Below are positions 13,028 to 64,000 of a DNA stretch of 64,000 nt, one piece after another. The DNA is taken from assembly GCA_051294375.1 (NCBI GenBank), contig CM119263.1, positions 6,797,645-6,861,644 on the forward strand, given 5' to 3'. This DNA is from Paraspadella gotoi (taxonomy: Eukaryota; Animalia; Chaetognatha). The position numbers and the translations under genes are program-made. The notes beneath the pieces are model-generated. The model made no database searches and had not been told where the DNA came from. It worked only from the letters and a program-made list of their open reading frames with translations. Within the stretch, counting starts at the first letter, position 1. Every line of letters begins with the position of its first letter.

Positions 13028-14415
13028 GGATTTGGAGAATACTGCTGCGGATTCGTGCAGCTGATTTTGAATCTGCGACTATTTTCATCTGCTAATTAAG
13101 CTCACTGCGCTTAGGTTAAATCGTCCGAGTAGAAGAGAGAAAAGTAGATAATTTTAGTACGATTAAATGTTTATTACAGTAAAAAAAAATTGCGCGTGAC
13201 ATCACGTGAAAAGTACAGAGAATAATGAACATCGCATTACAATAACTTAACCAAGTACAAAAAACCGTCAACCCTGTATATAGTTCGACTCGAGTTGAGT
13301 TAACGTAATCGGTGTTCGGCTGTGATACTTCAAGAACATACAATTTGTATGTCTTTCGTGAAAGTAAATAAATAATAATTATTATTAAACTTGTTAATTA
13401 ATTATTACTATATAAGAGTTCGAGTAACGATACACTTCTACCTTACATTAGTTAAAAGTGAGGAGGTGAAATAAAAGAGAAACGTGGACTGATATGACTT
13501 AAAAAAATCATCTTGATGTTAGATAGGAAAATGGCTTCAATGCGGAATTACAAGACAATCTTTTTTTGTGCTACAGGCTAAGATCAGATACGTTGTGCGG
13601 TTTCTTTAAAGACATTTACTAATTGTTTCTTATTACCTTTGTTAGGGTTTCGTTACAGTTATTAATTTATTTTATTTTTATTTTTAGCGCGTTTCCCGAA
13701 ACAAGTGATTTACACCTATAACGGGCTACCAAACTTTATACATGTAATAAAAGCCACATAGTTCTATCGAGCCAGAAATCACAAATGAAGCCATATTGTC
13801 TATATATATATATCTTTATTCCTTAATCATGCAAAGTGCTTCTCTTTTATTCTGAGGCTCCACTATAATTTTTTTAAAAAGATATCTCTTGACTTCTTTG
13901 CATAAACTCCTTCCGTTTTCGTCATTTTTCCACAGGAAATATCACTATCGTCGTGGCTTGCAAACCACAGACTACAAACCGACCACACGTTTTATTTTTG
14001 CACACCGGGATCAGTTGTCGAGTGAAAAGGTTTCTACGATTTCGCACACCTAGCCTTAGCGAGCTCTTCACGTACACAGTTGAAAAGATAACGGGTCGTA
14101 CATTCTACGAATAGCGTCACGCGAAGGAAAAGTGAATCGCTATTGTACGTATCATTATTCATTAACTTAATATGTCCAGTGATATCGGGGAATGGGGTAG
14201 AGAGAAGGGGGCAGTTGGGTAAAAAAGCATCGAAAAAACCGTATTGACTAGTGGGAAACAAACACCAGAGCAACGGACCATTTCTACTCTTTTTCATTCG
14301 CGACGAAAAATAAATATAAAATGGGTGCACCAACGCGAATTGGCCAAGATGAATTAGACTAGACGAATGTTAACTGTTCATAACTTAGATTGAGAAGAAA
14401 CGCCCAGATGAGGCG

Positions 14416-60439
<46,024 letters not shown>

Positions 60440-60732
60440 CTGAGAGGGCGAAGAGAAAATGAGAGATTCGATTGACCTCGCGGCCTCATTGACTCGTGGT
60501 GCATCGCGATTGCAATTACTAAGTTTGTACTTGCAGGATAGAATACGCAAAGCAACAAGTTTGTTCGCGGGGAGTCTTTGAACCTTTGACTTAGTATGTC
60601 GTAAGAGACGTTTAGAAATATTTGAAATCTATAGCGTTATCTTCAAAAATAATTACTGTCAACCATTTACGTAAGAATTTTTTAAAAACTTTCGGACATT
60701 TATCCCCGACGAAATAATGATAAGAGCAGGGA

Positions 60733-61107
60733 TTATGATTTTCTTGCCATAAACTTATTCATCCGCCACATTTCTTGGGAGACGCTAAAAATAAAAATAA
60801 AACCCGCCCGCTCAAACCAATGTTTTTATTCGACTCAAAAAGAAGAAGAAGAAACCCCCCCCCCAAAAAAAAAAACACGAAAGCTTTACAGCCTTTTAAA
60901 TCTCGCGAGATATTCCATAAAAAGCGCCGAAAATCCCCTAGAGGTTGCCAGTCGCGAGAATGCGGTCATGTTTATGTCACTCGCCGGATTACCCATCTGC
61001 CGATTGAGAGACCTCCATATTTTCCCCAGCGGTTCTTTCCTTTCATCCGCGGATGAACCGCTACCACCGCCGCCGTCGCCCCCGCCGAACTCTCCGGCTT
61101 TCGCCAT
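60733..61107 (-). CDS. Small orphan ORF or alternative first exon (73 aa unspliced; 89 aa if spliced 60890 to 60784)
   Basis: Strong Kozak gagATGG at 61107, MAKAGEFGGGDGGGGSGSS...EYLARFKRL; donor CT|gtaaag at 60890; strong acceptor ttttatttttatttttag| at 60784 giving VSQEMWRMNKFMARKS*. Confidence 0.45.
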
Positions 61108-61461
61108 CTCTCTCAGACGCCCCCTCCCTCTCTCGGGAAGGGGAGAGCATAGGGCGGAGGAGGGCCATAGAATTAGGGATAACCTAGATCCACGCTTCGC
61201 CGAACGCAATCTTCATGCTTTTGTGATTTTTCCCTTGCTCCCGCTTTCTAAAAAAAACCCCTATTTTGAATTTTAGACTCCTCTCCCATATGCTAGATTT
61301 TATTTTTTTATACGTATAGAACTGAGTCCAAAGAAATTGAGTCAAATCTCCCATTGAACCACTTTTCCCTCTTGTCTACCCTCTCTTTTTCGAAATCTTT
61401 TCTTGATCCCCCTCCCTCTCTCGTTCCCTGCTTCCATGTACAAATCCCTCCTCCCTTGACG

Positions 61462-61475
61462 GTCGCCATGGCAAC
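61462..61475. promoter_or_regulatory. RFX X-box (ciliary-gene promoter element)
   Basis: GTCGCCATGGCAAC, a near-perfect palindrome matching the X-box consensus GTHNYYATRRNAAC, in non-coding DNA next to a CpG-rich stretch. Confidence 0.7.
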
Positions 61476-61519
61476 GAAAGAGGGAGCCCAAAAGAAAAAA
61501 AAATAGAAAAGAAAAGAGA

Positions 61520-61865
61520 GCCGGTTGGCGGACCGAAAAGCCGGGACTCCCGACTCTCCCGCCGCGATTGCCAGCACACATTACGAAGGGACGAAAAGAG
61601 AAAGGGGCGCGCGTCGTCGTCCTTGGCGTGGCGGCGCGTCTCGCGGCCTTCGCGCGTCCCCCGTTTGTCGCCCAACGCGCGCCGACGGAGAAAGTTTCCT
61701 CGTTTCCGGATTGGTCACGAGAGCAGCAGGAGCGTCGACGATTGGTCGAGGAGAAAGCGTCGCTTCGGGTAAGGTCCCGTCACGAAAAGCATGCGGTTAA
61801 TTCCGAGCAAGGCCTCTCATTGGTCGCTTGGTTCGGCCGAAACGTTCCATTCCGCGACCCGGGAT
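61520..61865. promoter_or_regulatory. CpG-rich putative (bidirectional) promoter with three inverted CCAAT boxes
   Basis: ATTGGTC at 61710, 61741 and 61819; high CpG density; lies between divergent ORFs starting at 61107(-) and 62639(+). Confidence 0.5.
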
Positions 61866-62638
61866 GGAAAGCCTTTCTCGTCTGAACGAAAATGAACGGA
61901 ACATTTTTTTTTTCTTTTTTGTTGAGAGCGATGACAGATTTCTAAAACTCTTCGCCCTCTTGTTTTTTTTATTCTTAAAAGACCGCGATGGAATGCTAAA
62001 ACAATTTCGATTTCTAAAAGCGACAATGACTTTTAAAAGGGTATTGATTTTAAACAATGCGATTACTGAAGCAACTACAACTAAAAAAAAGGGCGAAACC
62101 TCATCGATCGATTTTATCGTTTCCTCTCCCTTGTCTTTTTGTATTTTCAGTGGCGTCGTTACCAGAGAACGGACATGAATTGGCTCCCGACCTCGATCCT
62201 GGACGCTAGCCACGGTGGTCGCCAGGGTCGTAGGCTCGCGCCAATTTCGCCCCCTTTTCTCACCATGAGTCTACGCCTCCGCCAAGGACATATCAGAGAA
62301 GAAAATCGCCCGTCTCGTTAAGGCTTGCTCACGACACACACACACATACAGAGGACAAATATCCCACCCTCAGGCCCCATGAAGAAGGCGGCGGCGGTTA
62401 AATGAGGGCCGCGACCGAGACGCCCTCTCGTTCCGAAACTGGCCGCCCTCCTATACGCGCCGCCCGCGGCGAAGGAGGCTGATTAGGGGCGGAACCACGA
62501 GTCAATCGCCGCCGCATAAATAGCGAAACTCGTCTTCCACGTTTCGCCGAGTGATCGACGATCAAACGACAAGAAAAACAAAAGGAAATTCTCATCAGCG
62601 ACGTCAATCAATCTAATCAAAAATATCATATTTAAAAA

Positions 62639-63475
62639 ATGAGCGACCCCGTCCGTCTCGTGGGCGTAGGGGAGTCAGGCGTCCCCATGCAGGTGTCCGT
62701 GTTTCGGGACACGGGCGCCGCGCGGTGTTTCGGGATGCTCGGCATCGTTGGCGGCGGGTGCACATTCCTGGCGGGCGTCACCATCGTCATAATCAAAGCC
62801 AGCAAAGGCAGGAAGAAGGACGAAGTTCTCTCCTACGCGTCGATAATCCTAATTGGAATCGTCATCGCGGCACTGGGTTTCGCTTTGGCCGCGACGGCGA
62901 GAAATAAAAGGTGAGACGGCGAGTCGACGATATTAGAAGGATTGAGCTTCGGGTTGAAGGGTCAAGTTCTGTGGTAGGAGTTTGTAACAATAATTCAAAG
63001 ATAAAAAATACATTATACAAACTTTAAACATTGAATAACCGCCAAGAAGAATTTGTAAACTTGCCTCGATCGACAGAGTACCAAAAGAAGCAACCAGAGT
63101 TCCCGCAAAATTTCTTATCCGCTTAAGCCTTTTAAGCCCCCTACCGTCTCAATCCCTCCTCTACCCTTTTCCCCCTGATCTTTCAGTGATCACGATGCGA
63201 ACAAGGAGTCCGGAGAAGCTGCGGAGCCAGCGTTGGAGAACGAGGCGCCCCCTCCGCTCGACGAGGGCCCTAAGGCGAAGGGGGCCAACGGCTCGAGGAG
63301 CGCGAGTCGCCAGTCCAAAGAGGGCGCCGAGGGCGGCGAAAAGCCGGCCGCCGGAAGCGGAGGATCAGGGAACAGAAAGAAGAAGTCCACCCGGAAACCC
63401 GGCGCCAAAAAGGGCGCTAAGAAGAAACCGCCTTCAACGTCTTCATCCAAGTCGAGCGTCAAGCTCGAAAAGTGA
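62639..63475 (+). CDS. Uncharacterised 186-aa protein with two predicted TM helices and a charged, Lys-rich low-complexity tail
   Basis: aaaATG at 62639; exon 62639-62910 (AG|gtgaga) joins tttcag|T at 63187 in frame to TGA 63475 (561 nt); hydrophobic segments FGMLGIVGGGCTFLAGVTIVII and LSYASIILIGIVIAALGFALAA. Confidence 0.75.
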
Positions 63476-64000
63476 TTCGCCTCGCCGCGCCGCGCCGTCA
63501 TTCTCTCGACCTTGGAAAAGACTTATTTCTTCTCCGAAATCCGTCGGGAGTGAAAAGGCGACTCAAAAACACTCCGACCGTTAAAACAAAAATGTTTTTT
63601 CTTTGACAGTGAAGTTTGTTTTTGTATTTAAAAAATGAAAAAAAATTATCTTAAAATCTAGATTAAGAAAAAACATACCATAAAGTTAATGGCAATTGTA
63701 ACAAAAATGTAAAACCAACTGCCGGCCAAGAAATTCCACCCCTTCAAACTAGATCTTTTTCCCCTTTTTCTCTTCAAAGATTCGTGCATGGCGTTAAACG
63801 GCTTTAGCTAGCGTTTTCGCGCCCCCGTCGTTTTGGAACCGAGACAGCACGGTTGACTCGCATCTCATTCCTTACCTACAGCTCCCCAGTTACACTCAAT
63901 AATCTATCCCCTCAAGATTTCACTCTAGAGTGTCGCCTCTCCCAAGAACAAGTCCGCAGTTCGTGGGGGAGACGACCCTTCGTTCTCTGCACTCTTTATT

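Noticed and set aside
63866-63900. G|GTAAG donor on - as the missing upstream DNAH1 exon
   Set aside because: The required phase 0 would end in TAG, and there is no similarity to the expected linker sequence.

Overview
Intron-rich animal genomic DNA (AT-rich introns, GC-richer exons, many GA/CT microsatellites, three 10-N gaps). Two axonemal dynein heavy-chain genes lie tail-to-tail. On + is the 3' part of an outer-arm beta-type (DNAH9/11/17-like) gene: 29 exons, 463-13027, about 1729 aa. On - is the motor-domain part of an inner-arm DNAH1 orthologue: 58 exons, 60439-14416, 2793 aa. Its more 5' exons are not in the window. Nested in introns are three tRNAs (Lys-CTT, Asp-GTC, intron-containing Tyr-GTA), an 11-exon inebriated-like SLC6 transporter, a same-strand 2-exon disordered orphan gene and several non-autonomous DNA transposons. 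Two small orphan genes flank an RFX X-box/CCAAT promoter upstream of the first visible DNAH1 exon. The top observation is that the DNAH1 exon carrying the AAA1 Walker B motif is present as two intact, equal-length (106 nt), same-phase, synonymously diverged copies, i.e. candidate mutually exclusive exons in the main ATPase site. Second, the ciliary-type promoter and an ATG exon that can splice in frame to DNAH1 raise the possibility of a tail-less motor isoform. All exon structures were read by hand and family assignments come from recalled motifs; no database searches were run.
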